64,000 nt of DNA from Nemertoderma westbladi (Eukaryota; Animalia; Xenacoelomorpha), in NCBI GenBank assembly GCA_032718475.1, contig JAUCBJ010000128.1, positions 9,514 to 73,513 of the forward strand, written 5' to 3'. A program made the translations under genes and the position numbers. Under the pieces are notes generated by a model that did no database searches, was not told where the DNA came from, and saw nothing but the letters and a program-made list of their open reading frames with translations. This document shows positions 13,001 to 25,870 of the stretch, piece after piece (position 1 is the stretch's first letter; each line of letters begins with the position of its first letter).

Positions 13001-16000
13001 AAACCAAGTCCACAGCGAGTGTCCACAATAAATAACTTAAATTCAACACCAATGGCTACATTAAATTATGTGTCAACCACTGGTGCACCATCTGGTTATA
13101 GAGGGACCAGCAGAACTAGGGGAGGTGGAAATCGACCTTTTAGGCCTGCTTCAGCTTCAGCACATGGACCTGACCCATCCACACGATCAAACGATCCTAT
13201 GAAGTCCCCAGAACCAGTTCAAGGAACTTCTAATGGAGCAGGCTATAAAGAGGAAAATACATCCACAATTCCAAAGCGAGTATTAAATTGTTCTTATTGT
13301 GAACTAGAAGGACATACAATATCCCATTGCTCAAAGTTTAATCATTTGGACATTATCCATAAGGTGGCATGGTACCACAGTGGGGATGTATGTCACTATT
13401 GTGTGGAAAGGGGGCATAGGAATACTGTCTGCCCAAAATATTCAAAAATAACACGCAAACCAATCTGTGAGCATTGCCAAGGTGCTCACCACTCTGTCCT
13501 TCATTGGATTCTTGGTTATATAGAGGATACCAAGAAATCAGCTAAAATTAAAACATTTAGGAGTGAATTGGTTTCAAGTAATTCCATGGCTGAGATTCCA
13601 ATTTCAGCTGAAACAAATAAATCTGGTACATATAGTATCACAAATCATGATGTGACAATATTGCGTTGTGATAAGCAATCGCATATTAATATGGAGATGT
13701 GGTTGTCTGTAGTACCCGTAACTATTGACATAAATGACAAACGTCTTAGTACTTTTGCCTTGCTGGATTCAGGTTCAACTCATACAGTTTTGCATGCTAA
13801 GGTATTGCAGTTCATGAATGAAGTTCCGGATTCCCAATCTTTGATGACAATCAAAGAGGTATTATCAATTAGTGTGCATCCTATTGCTTCGATAGCTTGC
13901 TCTATTAGGCCTTTAAAAGGTCGCCCCGCAGTAGATGAAACATTTATTACTAAAGTTTCTAACACTTTGGTGTTAGACAACCTTCAACAGACAAGAGTCC
14001 CAGATCTGGCAAGTATAGATTTGTCAGCATATCCAGATTTCCAGCCATATCTGGATCAACTAGTTCCTTCAGGTATTGAGTTACCAGAAGTTACTATAAT
14101 CATAGGTCGGGATGCTGGTTACATTCATGAACATGCAATAGTTCAAGAAACAAGAGAAGGCCCTACTATTGTGCATACACCATTTGGGTATGCCTTAGTG
14201 GGACCAATTCCATCTGTTAAAGTGAATTGTGAAATCAGGCATCTTGAAATATCCAGTTATGATTGGGTGTCTGTAGTTAAACAACAATTAGGTTTGGAAG
14301 GTTATACTAATGATGACAATCAGGTTCTGAAACCAATGTCCAACGCTAAGGATGAGGAAACCGTCTTATCACGGAGCGATGAACGAGCATTATCCATACT
14401 TAAGGAAACAACTACCTTAGATAATGGTCGGTATACTGTAGGAATGCTCTGGAATCAAAATCCTCCTCAATTAATAAATAACTATCCATTGGCGAAGCGT
14501 CGACTGGATGGCTTAATACGTCGTTTAGAAAAGTATCCAGCCAAATATCAACAATATCATAATCAATTGTTAGATTATGAAACTGCAGGATATGCAGTAA
14601 AGTTATCATTGGAAGAATTTAAAACACATTCACCACAAACTTATTACCTACCTCATCATCATGTTGAACATGATAGTAAACCTGGTAAGATCCGCATAGT
14701 TAATGATGCGGCAGCCATCTATAAAGGGATGTCATTGAACTCCCAATTATTAGATGGTCCACCACAAATTATACCCCTCATTGGAGTATTAATACGTATT
14801 CGTTTAGGGAGCATTGCTTTCTGTTGCGATATAGAGGCAATGTTCCACCAGATTGGTGTAACTAGGGAGGACTCCGACAGCCTTCGGTTTCTATGGAAGC
14901 CACCTAAGGGTGATATGGTTGTCTATAAAATGGTTCGACACCCATTTGGAGCGCGTGATTCACCTTGCATAGCAGGTAACACTGTTAAACAGTGTGGGAA
15001 AGACCATAATGACTTATTTGTTTCTGATGTTGCTAGAGTTATTGATGAGTCATTTTATGTTGATGATGGTCTACCATCAGTTGACTCAGTGGAAGAGGCC
15101 ACTCAATTAGCGCATGACCTAATTGATTGTCTATCCTTAGGGGGTTTTAATCTTAGAAAATTCCAGTCAAACAGTAAAGAGTTTCTGGCTTCCATGGCTT
15201 CAGATGCTCTCAGTCCTAAAGTTGATCTAGACCTTGACCACTTGCCAGTGACTAGAGCCCTTGGTGTGGTTTGGGACCCACAAGCTGATATATTTACCTT
15301 TGATGTGAAGGTTAAACAACGTCCTTATACTAAAGCAGGTTGTCTTAGTAAGTTTGCGTCAACATATGATCCTCTGGGGTTCCTTGCACCATTTCTAGTT
15401 CAGGGTAAACTAATAATACAGTCTATCTGGAGAGCAGGGTGTGACTGGGATGATAAAATCCCAATGGAACTGCAAAGAGCGTGGATAAAGTGGGAGAATC
15501 AACTTCCTCTTCTTAATGATGTAGAGATAGACCGCCTCCTGCGGCAAGATCTTCCATCTAGTTGCAACTATCAATTGCACTTGTTTTCTGATGCCTCTGA
15601 TTATGCATATGGGGCTGTGGCATATATACGTGCTGAGTATAATAGGGATGTACGTGTAAACATATTATACTCAAAGAGTCGTATTGTTAATATGGCTTCA
15701 ATTACTTCTACACCTCGACTAGAGTTAGAAGCCGCCGTATTACTGACAGACATCATTGTGATGCTGCGACTTGAGTTGCATCTCGGTGATGTACCAGAAT
15801 ATTTCCATACTGATTCTACAGTAGTATTAGGGTATATTCGTAACCCTACATGTGTTTTGAAACGCTATGAAGCAACCCGTGTTAATAAAATTGTCTTGAG
15901 AACTACTCCTAACTCTTGGCATCATGTACCAGGAGTTTTAAACCCGGCTGATGATATCAGTCGTGGATTATCCGTCAAGAACTTGCTAAATAAATCCCTT

Positions 16001-17201
16001 TGGTGGCATGGCCCACCATACCTTACGGATTTACCATCCACTTGGCCACGGCCAATTACCGACATTGATATTCCTACAGGGGATAATAATCCTGAGGTTA
16101 ATTTATCCAATTTTGATCCGGGGGTCTATGTTGGTAACATTAACACCCTAGGACTAACTTCTTTAGATCGGCTGATCTATGAAGAGGGGGCTATCTGCCA
16201 TGAGGGGGCAGATACATGCAACTTACAGTGTGCATATGTTGCAAACCTCTCATCTAGCATTGTCTATGACTGCGAGAATGAGACATGGCGCTCTGTAGTT
16301 GACTTAGACATCAATGACAAAGATGACGTCACGCTAGAAAATGATCATCTAGCACCCATTGAGATAAATCTTCACAAAATTAACTTAGCTAAGGATATGT
16401 CTATTGATGATAGACTTAAGTATTTCATCAATAAATATTCATCCTGGTATTTGCTGTGTTTACTTACAGCGTGGCTTATACGGTTGTTTGATTGGCATGT
16501 CTGGTGCCTCGGAGTCAAACAAAAGAAAGTATTAGAAACCGAAATGAGCGTAAATGCACGTGTGACAATTGCAGAATTGCGTAAATCTGGCTCATGTATC
16601 TTGCGTTATGTTCAGAAACAGACATTTAGTAAGGAATATGAATGCCTTAAGAGAGGTCATTCAGTCCCAATAAATAGTAAATTACGTAACTTAGTACCAC
16701 ATATAGATACAGATGGTTTAATTCGAGTTTCCAGTCGTATAAACGCATCTAATAAGCCTTATACAACTGCAAATCCAATCATTCTGCCAGCGCGCCATCC
16801 AGTGACCTCAGCGATTATTCGTTATACACACACTAGAATGGGTCACTTAGCAACCAATGCAACTCTGTCAGAAATTAGGCGGAAGTATTGGATCATTGCT
16901 GGACAGAGTCAAGTACGACAAATTATAGGGAAATGTTATCGCTGTAAACAAACACGCGCAAAACCAATGACACAAATTCAGGCTAATTTGCCTGAAACCA
17001 GAATACAACCATACCACCCACCTTTTGAACATAGTGGGTGTGATATGTTTGGTCCTTACACTTTAGAGCGGAGAGCAACACGTTCTACTTTGTATGACAT
17101 TCGTTATGGCATGATATTTACATGTCAAGTAACTCGTGCCGTACACCTGGACCTTGCAGCAGATGCATCATCTGATGCATTCATTAATTGTTTACGTCGC
17201 T
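10085..17201 (+). CDS. Element B gag-pol polyprotein, 5' part (Gag, zinc knuckles, aspartic protease, RT, RNase H, integrase N-terminus)
   Basis: Uninterrupted ORF of ~2370 aa. Motifs: PKFNG gag motif, ALLDSGS, YLPHH, DIEAMFHQI, PFGARDSP, FYVDD, LHLFSDASDYAYG, PRLELEAA, NPADDISRG, integrase HHCC and GCDMFGP. Confidence 0.96.
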
Positions 17202-18690
17202 GAGCAACAGGTATGAGGCTCTTGCCTCTGAGGCGGCAGATCACTGTGAGGGCTATACTGCCTTTACAGAAGCAGTTAAGTTAGCAGCTGCAGAAACAGT
17301 TCCTGTATACCCTCGAAACAGGAAAAGGGCCCCCTGGACTGACAACAAAATTCAGAAGTGCCGAAATGACCTTCATAAGGCGCAGAAAGAGTCCCGACTC
17401 AAACAGACTACAGCGGCCAAGAATGCAGTTAAAGCTGCATCTAGGTCCCTGAACAGGCAGTACTCTGCTAATCTACAGGAGCTAATAAACCAACAGGTTG
17501 ATGCCATCAATGATGCTGACGACAGCAGGCAATCATCCCAGGCATGGAAATCGATCAATCTGCTTACTGGGCGGAAAAGCCAACCAACCACCAAGGTTAA
17601 GGCTGAATCACCAGCCGATCGCCTCAATGGTTGGAAAGCCCACTTTGAAAAGCTCCTCAATAATGACAGGGTATTGCCTGATAACTTTATAGAAGTAAAA
17701 GTGTCTGAGTCTGTACTCCCAGATATTCCCATTGGCGATATCTCCTTTGCAGAAGTGAAGGCTGCTGCAAAGAGCATTAAGACCAATCGTGCCAGTGGTG
17801 TAGATGGTGTTCCCCCTGAGGTCTTTAAAATACCTGAGTGTTTAAAGCTCATCTATCCCATCATAGTAGACATGTACCGTACAACAAGAGTCCCACAAGA
17901 AATGAAAACAAATAAGTTGGTGCCAGTTCCCAAGAAGGGCAACCTAACACTCTATGGTTCTTTTCGGGGAATCTCATTGATCTCGATTGCTGCAAAACTA
18001 TACAATAGAATTCTATTAAATCGCATCAGGGATCCCATTGAGAGACTGCTACGTGGAAATCAGAATGGGTTCCGTAAAGGTCGTGGGACCATGGAGCCCA
18101 TTTTGGCACTTAGAAGGATAATTGAAGAGTTATCAAAAAAGAAAGACAGGCATCTGGCTGTTATCTTTGTTGACTTCTTCAAGGCCTTTGATTCAGTCTC
18201 TCGCTCACGTATGTTCAGCATACTTTCATTATATGGGATTCCTGATGAAATTATTGCAGCAATCAGATCAGTATACGATGGTTCGACAACATTTGTGTCT
18301 ACTGTTGACGGTGACACAGAACCATTTGAAGTGTTATGGGGCGTCCTCCAAGGAGACACACTTGCACCATTCTTGTTCATTATTGTGGTTGACCCCAAGC
18401 TTGACACTAGAACAAAATCGCCTCCGCTTTGCAGGACATTGCTTTCGCCGTGAGGACCAGCCAGTGCATAATCTTGTACTTTGGCAGCCTCATGGAGTGA
18501 ATAAGCATGGAGGACAGCCCATGACTTTCTTGAGACGCATCTTAAAGGACACTGGCCTTAAAGATGCGGATGATCTAGCAAATGTCATGGGTGATAGGGA
18601 GTTGTGGCGGTGCAATTTTGTTGACAAGCCGGCATAGCATTCTTAAAAATGCAGCTGCAATGCAGCATGCCGATCCTAGTAGTAGTAGTA
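17202..18690 (+). mobile_element. RTE-clade LINE, 5'-truncated and internally deleted
   Basis: TSD GTTTACGTCGCT (17190-17201, 18691-18702) and a (TAG)n tail. RT motifs are QNGFRKGR, FVDFFKAFDSV and GVLQGDTLAPFLF. The RTE-type C-terminus RLRFAGHC..LVLWQP..MGDRELWR is present, but the YADD block is absent. Confidence 0.93.
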
Positions 18691-18702
18691 GTTTACGTCG
18701 CT

Positions 18703-19433
18703 TCACAGGACGTAGAGGTGGAGTATCCCATATGTACTCAGATAATGGCTCAAATTTTGTGGGCGCCGAGTCACAACTGGGATACTATAGAGCTTTAGTG
18801 AGTGAACCTGGGGTTGCAGATTTTCTTCGTAAAAGTGGTATAGAATGGCACTTTGGAGACCCTTACGCTCCCCACGAACGAGGTTTCATTGAACGCCTTA
18901 TTGGCATAACTAAACAAATTTTAATGTCAACATTGGGTGACCGGCTTGTAACCGAGGATGTGTTAATGACATTCCTCGTTGAAGTAGAGAATATTCTTAA
19001 TAGTCGGCCTTTGACAGCATTATCTGACGACGCAAATGATTTTGAGCCACTCACACCCAACCATATTCTCTGTAACAGACCCGCAGAGAATGCACCAATA
19101 GCTGAAACAAATGCTTCAGATTTTGGTAGTCGCCATACTTACCTTCAAACTGAGGTTCTCCGTGACCTTTTTTGGAGAAGATTCAACACGGAATACATTA
19201 CATTACTCCAAAAGAGACCGCTCTGGAATAAAGTTGAGCGAAACATTCAAGAAGATGACGTTGTTCTTATTACTGACCCCGACAAACCTAGGTCCAGATG
19301 GTCTTATGGTAGGGTAATATGTACATACCCAGATGCCAATGGGATTGTACGCAATGTGCGTGTGCGTGCCCAGAATGGACATGAATATAAACGTCACATT
19401 CACTCATTGTGTCTGCTGGAGCAGGCAGAGTAA
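18703..19433 (+). CDS. Element B integrase core and C-terminus (continuation after the LINE)
   Basis: Removing the LINE and one TSD restores NCLRRFTGRRG in frame. YSDNGSNF, ERLI, LNSRPL, LTPNH and W..GRV motifs follow. Confidence 0.95.
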
Positions 19434-19617
19434 TGAGGCGATTACAAAGTCTTGTTAGACGTATTTACTTCAACACATTTCGTTTTTTAAATGTACGTTT
19501 AAATTTGTCAACTGTCAGTGGTATGCATCGCTGGCACAAATTAAAAGGTAATAATAAGTTAGTTTAATTAAGCTTTATTAGTATAGGCCATGTAGAGCTA
19601 CTAGTAGGGACTGCTAG

Positions 19618-19811
19618 GGCGCTTACAAGCCCGAAGATAATGTGGGTATGGAGAAAAGGGGCGTTTACAAGCCCAAAGATATGTGGGTATGGAGAAATGG
19701 GGCGTTTACAAGCCCAAAGATATGTGGGTATGGAGAAATGGGGCGTTTACAAGCCCAAAGAAAGATATGTGGGTATATGGAGAAATGGGGCGTTTACAAG
19801 CCCGAAGATAT
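19618..19811 (+). repeat. ~40-bp minisatellite in the 3' UTR of B (~5 copies)
   Basis: Tandem units of GGGCGTTTACAAGCCCAAAGATATGTGGGTATGGAGAAATG. Confidence 0.92.
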
Positions 19812-20702
19812 GATAGGGACTTCATATGGGTCACTTAAAAGTACAATAGAAACCCATCAAATAATGGAGATAATGATATGATACAATATGGGCTAAAGGA
19901 TACAACTAATTGTTGAAGGATGCCTAGCTCATATATACATATATATTGCTCAGATGATTGAATTTGCAAGTTATTTTATATTTATGTTTATAATGATGAA
20001 ATATAGACAATTTGATCTTTCGGGCCATACTAAATTCCTTTGGAACCGTTAGCATTAGGATTAACTGCTTAAGTCCATTTTTTTTTATTGTGTTCATTAC
20101 TTAATTTCAAGTAAATCATCTTTACATGTCCTACTACTTGTAGTTTAGAGTTGCCTTTATTATTACAAATTTGTGTATGGTGGTGGGATATATTTTGTTT
20201 ACAAGTGATCTCACAGCTCACAATTTTTGTAAAGTTAATCGAAAACATATTTGTAATTTAAAACGCCAACCATGTGTTTTACACACATGAGCCATATGTA
20301 GCCTGAAATATTTTTAAATAGATAAAAGACAGTATGGTGATCATTAATCTTGCGCAATACTCCTTTGGAAGTAGTGTGCGATTTATCTCTTGCGAAATAT
20401 ATTTTATATATTATTTGGGATACTAAAGGAGCTGAGTATTGCTGTGTTGATTCTTATCAGATTTTAATTATATGTTTCTAATCTACCTATACATCTTGGT
20501 CCCATTGTGGCTGGTTGTGGATTCTTAAACGATACCTGACAACCCAATGTCATTGTATGTCCGCCCCTTACATTTAAGGATCTCTAAATACTAACTGCTG
20601 ATTGGGCAACACAGCATATACTTAGAAAGCAATATGTATCCTCGTTTTTATATATTTTGTCATGGTTGGATTTCATTCTACGCCTGCAAATCCAGAGGGG
20701 GC

Positions 20703-21494
20703 TGTGCCGGATACTGATCACAATACGATGTATATTAGATAGGTTATACAGTATGTTTTAGCTCGTATAGGTCGTGCCACCGGAAGTGACACGATGCCCG
20801 GGCTGATTCAGGCTTTGTGATAGCAGCTATCTGAGGATAGTAGAACAGGCTATCTATTGGCATTGCTTTTTTACCGCTCTGCTACATTTCCTGTTCAGTC
20901 AGTAGGTGAGCCTACCGACCGGTAGACTCACTGACAACTGTGCGACATTTATAGCTAGGCTTTGCCTTAGCTTACAGTCTTAAGCTAAGGGCCTATTTAC
21001 CCGTAGGTCCGACTGACCGGCTTCTGTTTGCATAGTGCAGCAGTGGTTGGATGTGCTGTCAGGCTGTGTGTGTCTGACATTTTGTCAGACACGAACTTTA
21101 TCTGTGAGTTCGCTTGTAGAATATACCGTATGGTATATTTATATTTCTGTATTCGTGCCTTGTCAGTCATTATATTATACGACCTGAGACCGCAGTAGTT
21201 TACATGAGTTTTTTCATATTAGATGGAGTCAGTAGCCTCAGCCTGACAGTCCCCGTAGCTAGCGCGTCTTTATCCATACTTCACCCCTAGCAATTGCCAT
21301 CCTTTACCGATCCGCCGATAGGACATTCAGACTCAGGGTCTGACTATTAGACTGCAGACCCCGCGTCTGAATGTTGGACTATCGTTCCCAGTTATTGGGC
21401 CTCAGGATAGTCGGACCAAGCCGACTATCGGACTGTTGTATTTATTTATTGCCAGCGGTCGTTCTACTGTTCTAGTTAGCGGCCATCCGGCACA
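20703..21494 (+). repeat. 3' LTR of element B (792 bp)
   Basis: Direct repeat of 8814-9612. Confidence 0.98.
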
Positions 21495-22353
21495 CTGCCG
21501 CTGCCTTCGCTGCTTCTGCTTCTGCCGCTGCCTTTGCTGCTTCTGCTTCTGCCGCTGCCGCTACCTTTGCCGCTTCTGCTTCTGCCGCTGCCGCTACCTT
21601 TGCTGCTTCTGCTTCTGCCGCTGCCTTTGCTGCTTCTGCTTCTGCCGCCGTTACTGCTGCTGCTTTTCAGTCCTCTATCTGTTTTTTCTTTACTTGTTCT
21701 TCTTGGACTCTAGTGAGGCGGAGTTTTTCATCAAATTCAGCTTGGTTTGCAGCTAACATTTCCGCATCGATTGCGTCCAACACAAGCTTGGTTCCTTCAC
21801 TATTGGGGCGAAGTCCAGACAGTCGTCTCCTCAACTCTTCGTCTCCTAGGAATCGCTGATAGTCTGACAGATAGATGTCAATGGCGTCTCTAGTTCGCGG
21901 CTTCTCTGCTGTTAATTCGCTTTCCACTTCGCTTTCCACTTGAGAAGAAGTGGCGTCGGTTGATTCTTCATAGGTTGGCCGTTCATCATAAACCGTATCC
22001 GCCATCTTCGCTCCGCGTTCGGGCGTCCGCTCAGCAGTATCCGAACTACTGGAGCTATCGGGCCGCTGAGAACTAGGTTCTAGGCTAGGATGTTGCTGCT
22101 GTTTGACAGCTGCTTCTTGATCCCGCTTGACTTGGGCCCGAGTACCGATGATAGACCTACGTTGTTCTACTAGCCTAGGGTCTGACACTATTACTGTAGG
22201 GATGGCCTTTTTGACAATAGTAGGTGACTTCGACTTGGATCTAGGATGTTCTATACTTGGATCTGGGTCACTGATCTTTTTAAGACACTGTCTAACAGTC
22301 ATTCTAACACTTTCTAAGAGACTATCCGACAGTGATTGGGTTGTGTCAGACAT
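21495..22353 (-). pseudogene. Element A gag N-terminus, including an AEAEAAK coiled-coil repeat
   Basis: ORF 21667..22353 ends at an in-frame TGA. The frame continues as KAAAVTAAEAEAAKAAAEAEAAK... up to the B insertion and resumes at 8813 (AAAEAERKAAVAKAELR). Confidence 0.85.
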
Positions 22354-23729
22354 GTTTGTTTGTACAGTTGAATGCCTACTGCTATGATTATAGCTAAAGC
22401 AAGTCTAGCAATTCAGTATCACTGTTAGCCTAGTAATTAATTACCGATACTGCTACTCAGTGTAGCGTGATATATATATAATATATTAGAATACCGGTAT
22501 GCTTATAGTATATATATAAGTATTATTACAGACTAGATTTGTTACAGAGTACCGGTATATAATTTTAGCACAAATATATAAATATATAATAGGCCTATCG
22601 TGAATACCGGTATGCAGCTTACACTTATAGTATATATAAGTATAATTATGAACTAGAATTAATTACAGAATACCTGTATGATTTCAGCCCAACTTTATAG
22701 AAATAAATGTAATAAGCCTATGGTAAATACCGGTATGCCAATTATTTTAGAATAATTGAATTTCTGAATATTTTAGGGTTACTTGGTTACTTTAACTCAC
22801 TTTATTACTGTTATTTAAGCAGTAGACCAACTGATATTGGGACCTAGTTGTTGTATAGCAGGCCTACTATTTATAAATCGTTTGAGTTGATTTATAATAT
22901 ATATATACCCGTTTAAAATGGGTCTTGTCAATATTTGAAATAAATGTTATTATTTCTGGGGGAGTCACTACACAGAAGCTTTGCGCTCTCAGTGAAGTGC
23001 TACTTATGGGACACTAAAACAGATTATTCTAATTTACCTAAGTTACTTAATACTACAAATTACTTACGATACGGGTGAGATTAATTCTCTAATTAAAACA
23101 CAACAAAATATTACGTATGAAATTTTAGGGTAATTTTACAGGAAGTCTACAAACCAGTCTAACAAAGGGTTAGAACTTCTGGTTATTACAACGGACAGGG
23201 TACTACGGTATTTGAAAATAATAAGTAGTAGTAAATACACTGTGTTGTCCAGATAGGAAAATACCACCGTCTGACGACCTATAGCCGTATCGCTATAGGT
23301 ACTACGTTATGTATCACGGAGTGTCCCTACCTAGAAGTTAATTACCACGGTCTACCAGAACCAACGTGCCTATTAACCACTTTACAACACAAATATACTG
23401 CCTACACACTAATTACCTTCGGAAAGCACTGTACACTAAACCCTAAATTAGGTACAAGTACTGGTACAACAACAATTAGTAGTTAAATATACTTGAACAG
23501 TTAAAAGAACCACGGCATCTGCTGGAGTGACCGAAGCACAAAGTCACCAGTCTTTTCCTACGCAAAGCAGCCCGTGTAGTACCGGGGTTAATTTAACTAT
23601 AACGGTATGTGTAACAAGCACAATTACTGTAGGAATAAACTTGGGGACATGAATGTTGCGAATAATCGCATAAACTCTGAATAATAAATATTACGCTACC
23701 CGTACAGAATACTCAAACAAAATACAAAC

Positions 23730-24260
23730 CAAACGCTGGCAGACTACCACCAAGCCTAAATAAACTACAGTATGTGCAGATTCCGAAACGGTTAGTTAGT
23801 ATGCGTTCTAACACGGTAGTACGACTTATTCTTTAAGAGGGGATTGACCTTACAGCTATGGCTGCCCCAACTTACTAACTGGCACTTTATCAGACAAACT
23901 CTACACACGCAGCAATCTCTTCAGACCTAATAATAGCTAGACAACAATCCAGCCTACAAAATATCTGGGTAATAACTATTACGGTACCTGAACAGACCAC
24001 ACAAACAAACACAGGCCAAAACGCTGGCAGAATACTGTCAAGTCTAAATAAACTACAGTATGTGCAGATTCCAAAATGGTTAGTTAGTATGCGTTCTAAC
24101 ACGGTAGTACGACTTATTCTTTAAGAGGGGATTGACCTTACAGCTATGGCTGCCCCAACTTACTAACTGGCACTCTATCGGACAAACTCTACACACGCCG
24201 TAATCTCTCCAAACCCAACAACAATCCGACAACAGTCCGGCCTACAGTTATCTGAACAAT
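23730..24260. repeat. ~290-bp tandem duplication in the leader of A
   Basis: AAACGCTGGCAGA...AAATAAACTACAGTATGTGCAGATTCC...GACAAACTCTACACACGC occurs at ~23731 and ~24019. Confidence 0.9.
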
Positions 24261-24427
24261 CTGAGCAGACTTACACGTCTTCAGCTCAATATTAACTTAC
24301 TAGGAAATAAAACTGACAGAAATAGACCTAAGTAAAATCCCAATAAAAACCAGGCGTTCCCGATTTAATATCGAGACCTACCGGTATACAATAATCAAAT
24401 AGAATAATACTAATGTACTTATACTGG

Positions 24428-24552
24428 AAGTACCGGTTAGGAAAGTTGGGCCTACGGACCTACAGAAGTACCGGTTCTGGCAGTTGGACCTACGGACCTA
24501 CAGCAGTACCGGTTCTGGCAGTTGGGCCTACTGACCTACAGAAGTACCGGTT
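24428..24552. repeat. ~38-bp tandem repeat (3+ copies) in the leader of A
   Basis: Units of AGTACCGGTTCTGGCAGTTGGGCCTACGGACCTACAG. Confidence 0.85.
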
Positions 24553-24607
24553 CAGGTTTACCGGTCGACCGGTACTTTCAACTTTATTGCTTACTGCAAT
24601 AAAGTCA

Positions 24608-24618
24608 ATAACTGTTAT
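24608..24618 (-). promoter_or_regulatory. Non-tRNA primer-binding site of A (ATAACAGTTAT on the minus strand), complementary to LTR 25368-25358
   Basis: Abuts the 5' LTR with no TGG. The plus strand reads ATAACTGTTAT at 24608-24618 and its reverse complement ATAACAGTTAT at 25358-25368 (also 1807-1817). Confidence 0.7.
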
Positions 24619-25870
24619 TGTACGCGCTTTTGAAGACCTTTAGCAGTTTAACCTGCCAAAATTTATATGTCTTTTGGTTTATAAATAGACTTTAGAAGTT
24701 GACAAATATTTAATACCAATAAACACAACATTAGCAGAAGCCAGCCTAGTGCGCGTCCATTCACCCGCTGGATATACCCGGGAGACTGGATTCTGAGGGC
24801 TTAGATTATTATTGCAGTGCAAGCTTACTGTATTATTCGATTGATCGTTAATAAATAATTTCTGACTAATATTATTCACTTTCGGGAAATATTAACAGTT
24901 CCTTTAGGACGTGGCGCTCTATCTAGGTAAACAGAGATATGACTTATACTAATCACAACGGCAAGTTGGTAAGGCTTATGATTCACGTATGAGGCGCATT
25001 CTTTAGGAAATGCTTAGTTATCAGTCACAATCAGGCACACTACCGGTAACACACAATACTGCTCACTAATTTGCCGACCGTCAATGAATTTTATCATATA
25101 TAAAGCGAACAGCAACGGACTCATGTAGTGCTTATCAAATAGCATTAAATTCACTACAAACCACAACAATATAAGTCGCAATCGCTATATATAACCCGTC
25201 TCTCTAACCTGTGGTGTATCAAGAAAATTGGGAAATTTGGGTTCTTTATAGATGTTCTCCAAATAATATTCAACCAACTGATACAAAATATGACAACAGT
25301 AAATAGCAGTATAATAATGTATGTTGAACAGATAATGTAAGACTGAAGTGAGATAAGATAACAGTTATACGCTCTATAATTTAAGCCTACTAATGTTTCT
25401 TCTAAAGTATGAAAACGAGTTGACTCTAGAGCCGGTGTTCCTGGCCTAGATAGAAACAACACAACAGTATCACGAAAAACAGTAAGACTGAACACTCCTA
25501 GCATGATCTGCCAAAATATCTCCACATCGACAGAAAAAATCGCTCTGATTGGCTGTTAAGCTAAACAAAGAACCATGTGTCCAATGGCCGTTTCCATGTC
25601 AGCAACCAGCTGTTAGATGTCGTAAGCTGAATCATCAAGGCTAAGCTGTGCCAGGGTATTTGGTGCATTGCGGGTTTTTTGCCTTACCATGTCCGTCAAA
25701 GCACACATATAGAAGAATGACGTTTATGTCCGTTAAAACACCTATAACGGTACCTTGCGGGCGAGGGGGATATATATATAGTTAGAGAGCTTTTTAGAGT
25801 ATTCCAGCGCCTGGGGGGAAACTGGATTGCAAAGCAAAAGGGCCAGTTATATCCCACAGAAGCTTTTACA
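24619..25870 (-). repeat. 5' LTR of element A (1252 bp)
   Basis: Direct repeat of 1068-2321, upstream of the minus-strand gag. Confidence 0.97.

Larger units (their letters stand above)
8814..21494 (+). mobile_element. BEL/Pao LTR retrotransposon B, full length and very recent, inserted in gag of A
   Basis: LTRs 8814-9612 and 20703-21494, TSD CTGCC (8809-8813, 21495-21499), single gag-pol ORF in PR-RT-RH-IN order, and purine tract AGAGGGGGC before the 3' LTR. Confidence 0.98.
1068..25870 (-). mobile_element. BEL/Pao LTR retrotransposon A, internally deleted (no RT or integrase), interrupted by element B
   Basis: Paired ~1.25-kb LTRs with TGTA...TACA ends and a 5-bp TSD TGTAG (1063-1067, 25871-25875). 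Minus-strand gag has BEL/Pao triple Cys/His knuckles, followed by the protease motif ALLDSGS and an RNase H tail QWRHCLGTINPADIASRG. Confidence 0.95.

Noticed and set aside
19618-19811. Hairpin repeats resembling a CRISPR array
   Set aside because: The intervening sequences are near-identical, so this is a simple minisatellite.
21436-21756. Cys-rich metallothionein-like ORF
   Set aside because: It is the antisense reading of the AEAEAAK gag repeat.
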